A stretch of 63,096 nt of DNA, filler included, from Octopus bimaculoides (GCF_001194135.2; 3 parts of 3 records of this genome joined end to end with filler, not necessarily neighbours in it), one strand, 5' to 3'; counted from the whole stretch's first letter, positions 11,726-25,929 are shown. A program made the numbers and translations. The notes: generated by a model not told the origin, from the sequence alone.

Positions 11726-13134
11726 TCTTAAAGCAAAGACTTGTTTCCCAACTAAGAAACAAAGCAAGCCGAAAGAGAGAATCACTATTTCTCTCCACAC
11801 ACACACACACACACTACTGGTAGAATGAGCAACCACCGAGAGGCTTCCTCATAGTGCCGGTGGTAAGTTGAATGGTAAAAGGGATCAGTTGTGCTACATA
11901 GTCAACTCCCACCTCATTCGTCGTACATAGATGCCACAATACTTACACCCCATCACCATACACATCCACCCATCAGTCCATCTCCGCCATCTTCTTCTTT
12001 CTTCTCAGAAATGTGATATTTTCAACGTAAGGAGAAACAACTATCATTCAACATGTATTCAGCATATTTCATTCTGTAAATGGGGCAATGGAGCTTGTAT
12101 CTCATGTTAAACATGTGACTGTTACACACTTGTCTGTGATGTCTAATGTTCAATGATTCACCTCTGCTGCTGCTGCCTGTTTTTCTTGTAGTTCTTTAAG
12201 CCTAGGTCGACCCTGATTCTGTTGATCTTATGAGGAAAGATGTCCGAGGCATGTACATACTGCCTTCATTTTTATTCCAGATATCACATGATCATGTGAC
12301 TGACCAGGCCATTAGATGTTGTTACACATCGCTGGTCACAATGCATTTTGCATTGTTTTTTTAGCCTTCAAATGACACCACCCCATTGGCTAGGCAAGCA
12401 GGCCAATATTCCCTGCCGATCAAAAGGGGGACTGACGCAACATGAAATGAAGTTTTTTTGACACAAGAACACAATGTGTCACTCAGTCAGGAGATCAAAC
12501 CCTTGATCTGATGATTCTGAATGCAACAGGCTAACCACTAGGCCACTAAAACTACATTATTCAAACCCTTTTGATACCAACTCATTTGTTGAATCTATGA
12601 TACAAATTACATTTTTAAATTATCTTAAGTTAAAATTTTCCATAATAAATCTCATGTTAATCCGTGTTCCTTAGAAGATTGAGCTGTGTAAACACAGCTT
12701 AACCCTCTAGCATTTAAACTGGCCATACCCAGCCCAAATTTTCTACCTGTTTTATGTTCTAACTAGCCAGATCCAGCCTGTCATACCAAACCTTCAATGT
12801 CATTATAAAGTCGATTTGTCAGATGGAAACAGAAAAAAGCCCACCCATCATATGCATGTGTGTGTGTGTGTGTGTGTGTACATGTCTTTGTGTTTGTCCG
12901 CCACCATCATTTGACAAGCAGTGTTAGTTTGTTTATATCCCAATAACTTGGTAGTTTGTTAAGAAAGACCAATAGAATAAGTACTGAAGTCAAGGCAATG
13001 CCCAAGCATGGCTGCAGTCCAATGACCAAGACAAGTAAAAGGGTGGGGAAAAAAGTACATGTATGTGTATATCTCTCTATCAATTTACCCCCCCCCCTCT
13101 CTCTCTATCTATCTATATATATATATACTCTTTT

Positions 13135-13535
13135 ACTCTTTTACTTGTTTCAGTCTTTTGACTGTGGCCATGCTGGAGCACCGCCTTTAGTCGAGCAAAT
13201 CGACCCCAGGACTTATTCTTTGGAAACCTAGTACTTATTCTATCGGTCTCTTTTGCCGAACCGCTAAGTTACGGGGACATGAACACACCAGCATCGGTTG
13301 TCAAGCGATGTTGGGGGACAAACACAGACATACAAACACATACACACACACACATATATATATATACATATATACGACAGGCTTCTTTCAGTTTCCGTCT
13401 ACCAAATCCACTCACAAGGCTTTGGTCGGCCCGAGGCTATAGTAGAAGACACTTGCCCAAGATGCCACGCAGTGGGACTGAACCCGGGACCATGTGGTTG
13501 GTAAGCAAGCTACTTACCACACAGCCACTCCTACG
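13135..13535 (-). mobile_element. SINE family A, full length
   Basis: Reverse complement runs from head (cacacagccactcct) to tail (ttttactcttttacttg). Confidence 0.88.
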
Positions 13536-13880
13536 CCTATATATATATAATTTTTTTTTAATTGCAATCTAAACACCACCTTTAAACCACATTATATCAT
13601 CTTGTTGTTCTTGTATCTATTTTTATATATATTTTTATCATTTAAAAAAAAAACTCTTTGGTAATCAACTTTGTATAAATCCTGAATAAATGTAATTAGC
13701 CTACTTACAAATTCATAGCTATCTTTCTCTATCTCTCTCTCTCTCTCTACCCCTCTCTTTCTCTGATACATATGTATGAGAGAAAGAGAGGGGTATGCAC
13801 ATACATACACACACACACACATACATACATATAGGTAAGTAAGTGGGTAGGTAGGTAAATAGGTAGGTAAATAGATAGAG

Positions 13881-13924
<44 letters not shown>

Positions 13925-14082
13925 TAGATGTGTGTGTATGTGTTCTTTTAGTGTCAATTATTTGTATAGATCTCAATATTTAGGCAGGAACTTGTTTTAT
14001 TGATATACATTTATCAAAGGGCAGATGTGATCTATTTTTAATTAACTCAGCCAGTTTACACATACATAGGCAAATGTACACA

Positions 14083-14175
<93 letters not shown>

Positions 14176-14214
14176 TGTATACCTGATTCTATTCTTAATA
14201 TTTAGTCTCTCCAA

Positions 14215-14930
14215 GGGAGCAAGCTGTCAGAATCGTTAGCATGCCAGGCAAAATGCTTAGCGGTATGTCATCCATCTTTATGTTCTGACTTCAAATTCTG
14301 TCAAGTTTGACCTTGTCTTTCCTCCTTTCAGGGCTGATAAAATAAGTACCAGTTGAACACTGGGGTAGATTTAATCGACTTAGACCCTCTCCCAAACCTG
14401 CTGATCAAAATTTGAATCCAAAATTTAGTCCATCCATCAGTAAATCAAGAAGGAGCTTGTTGTTCTTAAACTTGCTTTAAAATTTTGATTTCAAAGTTTA
14501 GTACAAGTCCAGCAACTTTAAAGGGAAGGCTATGTTGATTACATCAACCTCAGTGTGCAGCTGGTACTTTATTTTATCGACCCTGGAAGGATGAAAGCAA
14601 AGTTGACCTTGGCAGGATTTGAACTCGGAATGTAAAAAAGTTGACAGAAATGTTGCTAGGCATTTGATACTCTAACGATTGTCAGCTTTAAGTTACTTTA
14701 AAATAATGCTTTCTACTATAGGTACAAGGCCTGAAACTTTTTTAGGGGTGAGAGGTTAGTTAGTTGATTACATCGACACCAGTACTCAACTGGTACTTAT
14801 TTCATCAGCCCCACCAAAAGGATGAAAGACAAAGTTAACCTTGGCAGAATTTGAACTCAGAACATAAAACCAGATGAAATGTCACTAAGCATGTTGCTCA
14901 ATGTGGTAATAGTTCTGCCAGCTTACTGTC
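14215..14930. mobile_element. Cluster of three Nin-domain SINE copies (one +, two -)
   Basis: The Nin core or its reverse complement occurs at ~14215-14420(+), ~14500-14680(-) and ~14720-14930(-). Confidence 0.75.
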
Positions 14931-14985
14931 TTTGAACTCGCTTTAAAATAATAACTTCAATTTTACATCTCTCCTTCTCTTTGTC

Positions 14986-15034
<49 letters not shown>

Positions 15035-15739
15035 GAAATTACAATAAATATAGGGCTCCACATACACATACACGCATACGTGTGTATCATACATACATAT
15101 ATGCATATCAAATTACAATACATACTCGGAGTCACACTTATACATTGAGTATGTAATTGTGTGTGTGTGTGTGTTATGCACATCATAATTATTATCATAT
15201 TACACCACTTGGATATTGACTCATATAAAAAATTCCTTTAGTCTTCTTCCTGGATTTCAAAAACATAGTTTAGACATACTGTCACCTTTCACTGCCAGCA
15301 GTCTAATAATACACACTGAATGAAACCAGTGGGAGTGAGACTACAAATCCTTTGACAATGGAAAGTTCCTTTCCTTTTCCATTAGAGAATAAATTGTGTC
15401 TTTGATGACAGCCTTATCTTGTAATGTGAAGTCAAGAAACTTACAGAGTTGTTAGTGAGACAAGATAACAGGTGGGTTTTTTTTTTAAAATTAGAATTGT
15501 GATTTTTTATTTATCTTAAATTACTGTTGTCTTACGGTTTTGTTAAAGTTTAGATTAAGACACAAAGTATGGATTTAAATTTATGGAGATGTGGAGATGC
15601 GTTGTTGGTAATGAGATTAAAAGATTTGGGCTATTAAACTCACTTCTGAAAAGGAATTTAGTTGTCTGAAAGAACTACATGTAATTATATGATCTGTGTA
15701 TATATATATATTTCTACAGTGGCCAATAATAATAATAAT

Positions 15740-15955
15740 AATCCTTTTTACTATAGGCACAAAACTTGAAATTTTGGGGGACAGGGAAAGTCGATCTCAT
15801 CGACCCCAGTACCTGACTGGTACTTAATTTATCAACCCCCAAAAGGATGAAAGGCAAAGTCGACCTTAGCAGAATTTGAACTCAGAATGTAGAGACAAAC
15901 GAAATACCACTAAGCATTTCACCCAGCATGCTAATGATTCTGCCAGCTCACTGCT
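15740..15955 (-). mobile_element. Nin-domain SINE
   Basis: catcgaccccagtacctgactggtacttaatttatcaacccccaaaaggatgaaaggcaaagtcgacc..gaatttgaactcagaa. Confidence 0.8.
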
Positions 15956-15992
<37 letters not shown>

Positions 15993-16417
15993 GTAAATAA
16001 ATGTGAAGCAGTTTTATTGGATGGAGGTGGGAAACAGGGGCTTTTCCATTGCCCTCTCCCCCCATGCATGCAACCTGTTACATGTTGAGTTGATTGTAGT
16101 GGGTGGTTGAATGTATGGGAGTCAGTGGTGGGGTAGAAGGGTATATTGGAGGTGACCTTGTAATCTTTACTGGCACTGCTCCGAAGACCTTAAACCCATC
16201 ACACTGTGTAACCAGGACAAACCAACATGTTATGCATACCTACTCCTCTTATCTAATCTCCGTTGGAAAAGTTGTGGACTCCGGGTAATGCAAGATAAAC
16301 AAACGGAGATGGAAGTATCTTTAAAATTATTGTACTGTATGTAGTACTGCTTCTGTTACCACTACAATCACTTTGACAATGACAGCAATTACTATTTTTA
16401 TTTTTATTACTACCACC

Positions 16418-16450
<33 letters not shown>

Positions 16451-16472
16451 TCTACTACTACTACTACTACTA

Positions 16473-16508
<36 letters not shown>

Positions 16509-16603
16509 AATTTGATATCTGTTTACATAGATTTGTAGAATCTGGTTGCCTAAACCAAATGCAATTAAATGTCTTCTTCAATAGATGTGACAATGAGTGT
16601 GGT

Positions 16604-16675
16604 GGTTGTAGCATTTGTGGTGGTCATGGTTGTAGCATTTGTGGTGGTCATGGTTGTAGCATTTGTGGTGGTCAT
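16604..16675 (+). repeat. 24-bp minisatellite, 3 copies
   Basis: ggttgtagcatttgtggtggtcat repeated three times exactly. Confidence 0.9.
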
Positions 16676-16989
16676 GGTTGTTGTGCTGACAGTGATTGTC
16701 AAAGAATGCAATAATTGTCTGGGAACCTTAGACCCTTCATTATCTAAGGCTGGGCACTGCAGTTTATTATATTCAGTGTATTATGGCTCTTGGGTACAAG
16801 GTGGATTCCAGAAGTTTTGAGATTTTTTTCAAGAGAGGCATTTAATAATTTCAAAGAGGTATAAAATTCTAATTTCCTTTAAAATAGGACCCTCTGACTT
16901 CAATGCTTTTGTTGTCGCACTCCAGCTGCTTCATGAAGGCCCCATGGAAGTCCTCCAAAGCGAAGGTGTCCCAGACCCTTGTTACATCC

Positions 16990-17210
16990 TCCTTCTTATT
17001 CTTTTACTGCCCACTAGGGGCTACACACAGAGGGGACAAACAAGGACAGACAAACGGATTAAGTCGAGTACATCAACCCCAGTGTGTAACTGGCACTTTA
17101 TTTATCAAAGCTGAAAGGATGAAAGGCAAATCGACCTTGGCGGAATTTGAACTCAGAACATAACGCTAAGCATTTCGCCCGGCGTGCTAACGTTTCTGCC
17201 AGCTCACCTC
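16990..17210 (-). mobile_element. Nin-domain SINE
   Basis: Reverse complement of the copy at ~21040-21270. Confidence 0.8.
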
Positions 17211-17779
17211 CTTCATCTTCACAATATCTTCAAAATGACTGCCCCTGAAGTTATCTCGCAGCTTGGGGAACAACCAAAAGCCACAGGGAGCAAGGTCTGG
17301 ATTGTGGGGAGGGTGAGGGACAGTTTTGTTGCCCATCCCTGTCAAGTAGTTGGTTACCAGGATGAAATTATGGACTGGTACATGGTCCTGGTGCAGTTGC
17401 TGCTAATTTGAATAGAAAGACTCTGGCCCTTTTGCAGGGATATCTCTTTCATTTGTGACTAGCAGTGTTTTCTACTACGGTCCTAGGTTGACCAAAGCTT
17501 TGACAGTGGATTTTGTATATTTGTGTACATGTCGTCTTGAAATCACATGATAGCTGTAAATGAGTAATGTCGTTCATTTACAATATTCTTCATGAAAATG
17601 TATGGCCATGTGAAATATTACTTTATTTGGAAACAGGTAAGAGTTGGCAACAGGAAAGGGTATCCATAGAAAATCTGCCTCAAATAAATTCCATCTGACC
17701 CATGCAAGCATGGAAAATTGGACATTAAGTGATGATGTTGATGTCACAAAGTTGAAGATGGAGATATAAATATATATAT

Positions 17780-18190
17780 CATCATCATCATCATCGTTTA
17801 ACGTCTGCTTTCCATGCTAGCATGGGTTGGACGATTTGACTGAAGACTGGCAAGCCAGCAGGCTGTACCAGGCTCCAATCTGATCTGGCAGAGTTTCTAC
17901 AGCTGGATGCCCTTCCTAATGCCAACCACTCCGAGAGTGTAGTGGGTGTGTTTACGTGCCACCGACACGAGGGCCAGTCACACGGTACTGGCAACGGCCA
18001 TGCTCAAAAAGGTGCTTTTTACGTGCCACCTGCACAGGAGCCAGTCCAGCGGCACTGGCAACGACCTTGCTCGAATGATTTTCTAACGTGCCACCAGCAC
18101 AAGTGCTAGAAGGCAATGCTGGTAATGATTATACTCAAATGGTGCTATTTACGGGCCACTAGCAGACAGCTGCTCTGGCAATGAACACAC
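17780..18190 (-). mobile_element. SINE family C
   Basis: catcatcatcgtttaacgtctgctttccatgctagcatgggttggacg.. followed by the family C body. Confidence 0.85.
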
Positions 18191-18208
18191 TCGGACAGTG
18201 CTATATAT

Positions 18209-18262
<54 letters not shown>

Positions 18263-18412
18263 AAAGTTAGCTTGACTAAGTTTTAGACTGATGAAATGTG
18301 AAATGAAATTATGTGCTTTGTAGAGGGTCAAAGCAATGCCTGGTCCCAGAAATGAACTCCCAACCTAATGATTGTGAACCCAACACCTATAATAACTAGG
18401 CCATACTTTCAC

Positions 18413-18447
<35 letters not shown>

Positions 18448-19396
18448 CATTTTTTCTTTACTAAATCCATCTCAATTATAAATAATTTATAACAAGTTTA
18501 TTTTGACATTTTATCTTGATGAAATATGAGTGCAGCACATATATCTAATGTAACCTACTGTAGTGCATAGTAGTGACATTATTTACAAGATATGTTACAA
18601 TGTTCAGTAACAGGTTTTTCTGTTTGTGCTGCTAAGTGTAGGTGTCTATTTTGTTGACAGTGACCCAAGACCTAGGTTTTAGATGACATTAAATGTCAAT
18701 TGAAGTGTAAAATATAAAATGTACAAATTGAAAGGAGAGTAAAAAAAATCTAATTTGTAGACAAATGTGCACAGATTACAAACCAGAAAATATGATTTCT
18801 GCACACATACACACCCCGCACACACACACATGTATATATAGTGGGTAACACCATGTAAAATGACACCAGGTTGAATTTGTGTATAAACTCTGAAGTTAAA
18901 TACAGGAAGGTGGTAGTTGCCTAAATGAAGATAGGCATTAGGCAATTTATTGATCAAACTGGTATGTATATGTGTATATATGTATATGTATGTGTGCGTT
19001 AAATGGAGAAGTGGTGACAAGTGATAATTCTGTAAATCATCATCATCATCGTCGTTTAACGTCCGCTTTCCATGCTAGCATGGGTTGGACGATTTGACTG
19101 AGGACTGGCTACACCAGGCTCCCATCTGATTTGGCAGAGTTTCTACAGCTGATGCCCTTCTTAACGCCAACTACTCCAAGAGTGTAGTGGGTGCTTTTAT
19201 GTGCCACTGGTACGAAGGCCAGTCAGGAGGTACTGGCAACAGCCACGCTCAAAGTGGTAAGCTTAAAGCTTATAAGTGATCAGTGTATTGGCGGCTAAAG
19301 AAAATAGTCTATAAAAAAAAGTGGGTGTCAGTACATAATAGAACAAAAGGGTAAACAAGCAAACAACAGGGATCAGGTCAGATTATGACATATTTC

Positions 19397-19617
19397 TACA
19401 AAGGGGTGCTGAAAAGTTCCTGACTTTAAGAGTATCATGAAAGATTTGATTGGAGGGCCAACCTTTTGAATTCTTGTACAGGGCTTAGGAAAACTGAAGG
19501 ACTGCTGCAATAAGTGTGTGAATCTGAGAGGGAGATATGTTGAATAAGATCATAATTAATTGATCCTCCTGAATTTTCTCTAACATAAATCCAGGAACTT
19601 TCCAGCACCCCCTTGTA
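19397..19617. mobile_element. Mariner-derived MITE (~220 bp)
   Basis: TIRs tacaaaggggtgctgaaaagttcctg / caggaactttccagcacccccttgta, with TA ends. Confidence 0.8.
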
Positions 19618-21008
19618 GATAAAAGCAAATGCATAAAGGAGTATATATCACAGGGGGCCAATAAAAGTTCAGATAGACACACACACATCATCATCATCAT
19701 CATCATCATTTTTACCTATTTCCACTTTCCAAACCAGCATGGTTTGGACAGGTCATCACAGTATGAGTCATACATGTGTACACATGTATGTATGGAGGTA
19801 TACACAATGTAAACACACCCATGCTGGTGCTGCATAAAAGCACCCAGTACACTCTGTAAAGTGGTTAGTGTTAGAAAGGGCATCCAGCTGTAGAAACCAT
19901 TCTAAAACAGACATGAATCTGGGTAGCTCTTCTGCTGGCCAGCTTCTATCAAACCATCTGACCCATGCCAGCATGGAAAAATGAACGTTGAATGATGATG
20001 ATAGTGACAAGAACTAAACCATTGATAATACAATTGGGTTACGGCTGTGAGTAAAAATCTTGTTTTTGAACTATATGGTTTCAGGTTCAGTCCCACTGTG
20101 CAACACTCTGGGCAAGTGTCTTCTATAGCTCCAGGCCAACCAAAACCTTATGAGTGGATTTGGCAAATAGAAACTGAAAGAAGCTCATTCTGTGTGTATG
20201 TGTGTGTGTGCATGTGTGCACACACCTTTTTCTTGACCTCAGGTGACAGTTGTAAACAAGTATCACCATCATACAAGCAACGTTGTTCATTTTCTGTCAT
20301 ATGTATCCAAGGGGAAATATTACTTTGTTAGGAAGCAACAGGAGAGGGTTAGTGACAGGAAAGGCATTCAGCTGTAATAAATCTGCCTCGACAAATTCTG
20401 TCCAACCTTTGCAAGCATGGAAAACTGGACGTTAAAATGACAATGATGATGGGTGTCAGTGTGCCCCAAATAGTCCTCAACTAAGAGGATGGTGCAGTAT
20501 TTCCAGAACAGTTGATTCATTATTTACAAGTTACACATGCTAAAGGGCTGCTCAACCAGAGCAGATCTGGAGTTAAGCAGCAACCCTGATCAACGGTCCT
20601 AGATATTACATAAAGTTGTGAACCCATCCAAAACATTTCATTTTGAAAAGCATTGTTTGTTGTTATTGATTCATTATCAGTTTGATGGTTATGGAGGTGG
20701 CGAGGTGGTGAAAAGGAGGTTACGGATGTGGAAAGAAGCTATGGAAATGTGACGGCGGTGGCAGTTGTGGTGTAGGGTTAGGGTTAGGGTTAGGAGGTTC
20801 GAGGTCAGAGGTCAGATTGCAAATTAAATATTGAAGATATTCTTATCAATACAATTCCAGATATCAACGAAAAACAAAACAACAGCCAAATGTTAGTTAA
20901 ACATATAAGAATGCTCTTTCTCTCTTCTCCCCCCTCCCTTTCTGCTACTTCATCACTTGATTTCTTTAGCTGTGATCCAGTTGTAGATTGACACAGGCAT
21001 ACGTGCAT

Positions 21009-21039
<31 letters not shown>

Positions 21040-21047
<8 letters not shown>

Positions 21048-21270
21048 TCTCTTGGCAGAAACGTTAGCACGCCGGGCGAAATGCTTAGCGGTATTTCGTC
21101 TGCCGCTACGTTCTGAGTTCAAATTCCGCCAAGGTCGACTTTGCCTTTCATCCTTTCGGGGGCGATTAAATAAGTACCAGTTACGCACTGGGGTCGATAT
21201 AATTGACTTAATCCGTTTGTCTGTCTTTGTTTGTCCCCTCTGTGTGTAGCCCCTTGTGGGTAGTAAAGAA
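21040..21270 (+). mobile_element. Nin-domain SINE, well-preserved copy
   Basis: ggcagaaacgttagcacgccgggcgaaatgcttagcggtatttcg..ttctgagttcaaattccgcc..tttcatcctttcgggg..taagtaccag..ggggtcgat. CpGs are retained. Confidence 0.85.
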
Positions 21271-21425
21271 ATAACACATACATCTCTTTTTACTCTTTTA
21301 CTTGTTTCAGTCATTTGAGTGTGGCCATGCTGGAGCACCGCCTTTAGTCAAGCAAATCGACCCTAGGACTTATTTTTTGTAAGCCTAGTACTTATTCTAT
21401 CGGTCTCTTTTGCCGAACAGCTGCG

Positions 21426-21465
<40 letters not shown>

Positions 21466-21994
21466 CAGTAGAGATGGCACAGATTATGGAGAGTCACACC
21501 GATACAATAGCCATGTTCGATGACACTCATTCTTAATCATGTGTATCCCAGGTTTTGTAATGGGTTCACTACTAAAAGGTTTGGTGACAGGAAGAGTATC
21601 CAGCAACGAAACACTACCTCAGGAAAACTGTCCAACCCATGCCAGCTTAAAACATTCGATACAAAATTCTGCTACTGCTTCATCGATGATTATGATGGTC
21701 ACTGTGTGTTCAGATCTTTCTCTGCGATCCACCATACATTCCAACCACTTCTTTTTTTAAGTTATGTCTGTTTTCCATGCTAGCATGGGTCGGACAATTT
21801 GACAGGTGACCAGCCAGATAGCTACCAAGGCTCCAATTGTCTGTTTTGAGATGGTTTCAAAATAGACATTTGTGTATGTATATGTGTGTGTGTTTTATGC
21901 ATGTGTGTATACATCTTCTTGTGTGCTGTATGTATGCATATCTTTACATAGTAAATATAGCTATGACTGAGCATATATGCTTGTGTTTGTGTGC

Positions 21995-22388
21995 TGTGTT
22001 GTTGTTGGCACTCCGTCGCTTACGACGTCGAGGGTTCCAGTTGATCCGATCAACGGAACAGCCTGCTCATGAAATTAACGTGCAAGTAGCTGAGCACTCC
22101 ACAGACACGTGTACCCTTAACATAGTTCTCAGGGATATTCAGCGTGACACAGAGTGCGACAAGGCTGACCCTTTGAATTACAGACACAACAGAAACAGGA
22201 AGTAAGAGTGACAGAAAGTTGTGGTGAAAGAGTACAGAAGGGTTCGCCACCATCCCCTGACGGAGCATCGTGGAGCTTTAGGTGTTTCCGCTGAATAAAC
22301 ACTCACAACGCCCAGTCTGGGAATTGAAACCGTGATCCTATGACCGCGAGTCAGCTGCCCTAACCACTGGGCTATTGCGCCTCCACTG
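21995..22388 (-). mobile_element. tRNA-derived SINE family D, full length
   Basis: Reverse complement reads gtggaggcgcaatagcccagtggttagggcagctgactcgcggtcataggatcacggtttcaattcccagac..gcgacggagtgccaacaacaac. Confidence 0.85.
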
Positions 22389-22397
22389 TGTGCTATG

Positions 22398-22620
22398 TAA
22401 CCCTTTAGTATTCAGCTTACTCTGATATAATGCTTATCTATTCACACGGTTTTGAATCACTCATGCATTATCTTGTAGCTTTGAGATTTTGATGTTGTAA
22501 TAGATTATTTTTAGAATGACTTTATCGGGTAGGTGTGAGAGGCTGGATCTGGCCGGTATGAACATAAAACAGATAGAATATTTGCACTGGATATAGCTAA
22601 TTTAAATACAAAAGGTTTAA
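22398..22620. mobile_element. TTAA-type (piggyBac-like) MITE
   Basis: taaccctttag.attcag..gtaggtgtgagaggctggatctggcc..aaaaggtttaa. A second copy is at 58597-58817 and a partial reverse copy at ~12700-12800. Confidence 0.6.
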
Positions 22621-23231
22621 AGTATAACTAATTATCAGCTCAGTTAAGTTTAATAGCTAAAATTGCTATTTCCTAAAGCATACTTTATAAATTATTTTTC
22701 CTGGTAAAGCTACATGTGAATTAGGTTAAGTGTTGCATTGCTGAGGTATTTTGTGTATTTTGACAGTGTCAATATAACATCTATTGTATATTTAAGTTGA
22801 TTTATACATTATGAACAAAGGTATGGCTCTCTTCACATGTGCAATAGTAGAGGCTGGTTGTTAAGTGCAGCACTTGCTTTCATATAAAAGTGTGCGGAAT
22901 GTAGTCATTCACAAAGACATATGCAGGCACGCACACACACACACACACACACAAACACACATGTATGTGTAAGGGGTATACATGTGCATACATAAAACTT
23001 GTTGGACTGCAGCAGGATATACTCGAGGGCTCAAATAAAAGACCCTCACCCAAGGTGCCATGCAGTGGTAGATGTTCAATAAAATGAACTTCAGTAAAAT
23101 GAACTCATCCTGGCACAGTCCAATGCACATGTACACACACACATATATATATATATATGCACACACTCATATGCACATGATTTGGGGAATGTGTGTGCGT
23201 GTGTAAATATATATATACATAATTTGTGGAA

Positions 23232-23294
<63 letters not shown>

Positions 23295-23439
23295 GATGAT
23301 GGGTAAATTGTCACCATTTTATATTTTTAATTTTGTGCATGCTCATTGCTTGTTCTTGATTTTGTTCACTACACGGTATAGTAGGGTCAGTTGGGCACCG
23401 TCTGTGAGAAAAACAGCACCATGACATAATTCACTCTGC

Positions 23440-23690
23440 CATAAATTTGGAAACGTCATGCTGTACTGCTTGGTATTCATGCCAGAAGCTCCAATATGAA
23501 CATTTCAGAATGTTTGGATGTCAATCTGAGGAGAGTGCAATCTGAGAACATGTACTGAGAGTTATAAAAATTAAACATCCAGTCAACATCATTGTGTTTG
23601 GACTGGTCACTAGCGATGGTGACGTTATGCCTCTATACATCTTACATGGCCTACATAAAGTGCCTGGAGGAGGTAGTGCTGCTAACTCAT
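23440..23690 (+). mobile_element. Internally deleted Tc1/mariner (maT/DD37D-like) transposase fragment
   Basis: Translates to KHPVNIIVFGLVTSDGDVMPLYILHG..YIKCLEEVVL. Confidence 0.65.
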
Positions 23691-24541
23691 CTGGCTACCT
23701 AACTCATCAGACTACAGTTGTCTGTGGGTATATAACATAAAATTAAAATCATACAATCATAAAATATAGAGAGTACAACCTATCAAAGAAAGATTACATT
23801 TAGGTTAACAGGGAGGGGTGTGCAATCCCGGTCATGAGAACACTCACACAAGTGTACAGAGACACACTCACTCATATATATCCACACATGTCTAATTTAC
23901 AGTATGTGTGGGTGTGTATGTGCAGTGAACTGGCAAAATCATTAGGATGTCAGGTAAAATGCTTTACTAAAATGTTTTACTATAATGGGTGTTATGTCCA
24001 TCTGTCTGTCTGTCTGTTCTCTTTTCACAGTCAAATGGCTGGACCATTGGTTACGATGTTTTTCAGGATTATGAAGGAGGTAACCAGGAAGGTTTTTAGC
24101 AAGAAAAAATGTGGAAAAGTATGATTATTTAGTGGATATTGAGGGTATTGTTCAGTTTACTGGCGTAAAAAAAGTAGATAAAAATTAAGGGGGAGATAAC
24201 TAATAAAAGAAGCAAAGGGAAGTAAGTCAGCTTACTTCGCCACTGAATTACGCCATATTTGAAAGTTTTGGTTTAGGATGGCTTTATTAAGCAGTAATTG
24301 TGATGATGGCTTTGGCTCATCTTTAGTCAGTATATGAACAATTACTGATATTGACTTTTGTATTAATAAATCACCTTTGATTTTTTTTTTTTTTGTTGAA
24401 ATTCCAGCAACAAGGATTAACTCTGGATTTCACCCCCCACCTCACCCCCTATAGTTCGTGAATTTAGAGGGTTTAGATTTGTGATACTATCCCTTTATTT
24501 CCCATCATAGGCAAGCAGATTCCATAGATTCCACTCATACA

Positions 24542-24715
24542 TTCACAGCAAACAAGGCACAAGACCAAAATATAGATCGTATGGGTGTATTTTTACCCAC
24601 TCTGATGTTTACAAACGGCCAGTTATACGTCGCTATGAGGAGAGCAACAGACTCCAGTAATTTGAAAATTAATGTTGACCAAACAGAAAATATCATCTAC
24701 AAAGAAGTTTTGTAA
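24542..24715 (+). mobile_element. Helitron PIF1-like helicase C-terminal fragment
   Basis: FTANKAQDQNIDRMGVFLPTLMFTNGQLYVAMRRATDSSNLKINVDQTENIIYKEVL* matches helicase motifs V-VI (TINKSQGQ..HGQLYVALSR) and the Helitron-typical NIVYKEVL end. Confidence 0.85.
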
Positions 24716-25897
24716 TCATATTGATATTATTGGTAGGAACATGATTCATAATTCAAATAAGGAAATTTGTGAACTTTGAATGTATAAGAATATAACAAGC
24801 GTAAAATTGTGTAATCAACTAAAATAAAAGTATATCTAAATAACATTATTTTCTTAATACTTTTTATGTAGTGGTCAAAGGAAGCTCTAGCTTTCGTTAG
24901 GAGTGGTCCACATAAATGGGAGCCTATTTCTGTTCGAGAGTGAATCGTCATCACATGTCACTTAGCTGCAAACACGTCATATAGCTGCAATAGAATACTG
25001 TATCACCAACAATAATGTGATTTCTCTCTAAGACATCACCCAGTAATCTATCAAGTCCATTCACACATTTCTCAATACATACTACTGTTATAACTTCTCT
25101 CCCTCATTTTATGCCTCCATCGTAGATGGGTAGATTTGCTAGTATACAGTATACTATGTTGATCAACTGAACTACCTACTCACCAGACTAGCATGTGAGT
25201 AGCTGAATATTCCACAGACGTATATTCCTCATGCTGAGTCAGCATTACACAGGCTAGACCTTTGAATTGCAGTTGCTATTTATCAAGTAGGCTTCTACAT
25301 AGTTTCCATCTATCCAATTTTACTCACAAAGTTTGAGTTGACCCAAGGCTCTAATAAAAACAAAGAAGTTACTTAGACCCAGGACCTTGTGATGGCTAAG
25401 TGAACTTCTTAGCTAATTGAATGATATAATTAGATTTATAGGATCTTTGATCTAGTTCTGTATTTCAGTATTGATCTCAATGGTTTCAATCCATTTAGCT
25501 TTAAGCAGGTAAGAAAGACTGTGAATAACATGATTATCACAACATCATATAATTAGGGAGTGCTTCTTTACCTTTTACTACCATAAGGTTGGGGGGGGGG
25601 GCCTTATCTACTACCATAACTGGGGCTTATAGTAGTATAGTAATCCAGGAACAGTTCAACTAAACTGACTTAACCTAGATTACTTACACGTGATGACTAA
25701 CCACTGTTGTTTAGTTCTGACCTAATGACCTAATAGATTATGAAATTTAATATATACATACTAAGAGTCAGACATGCACATCTGTGACTCATGATACCCC
25801 CCCCCCGCGTGAATCTGATTCAGTATAAGTAATCATCTGACTCAACATACATGTATATATATGTCAACATGGAACATAGATGTTAAATGAATGATAT

Positions 25898-25929
<32 letters not shown>

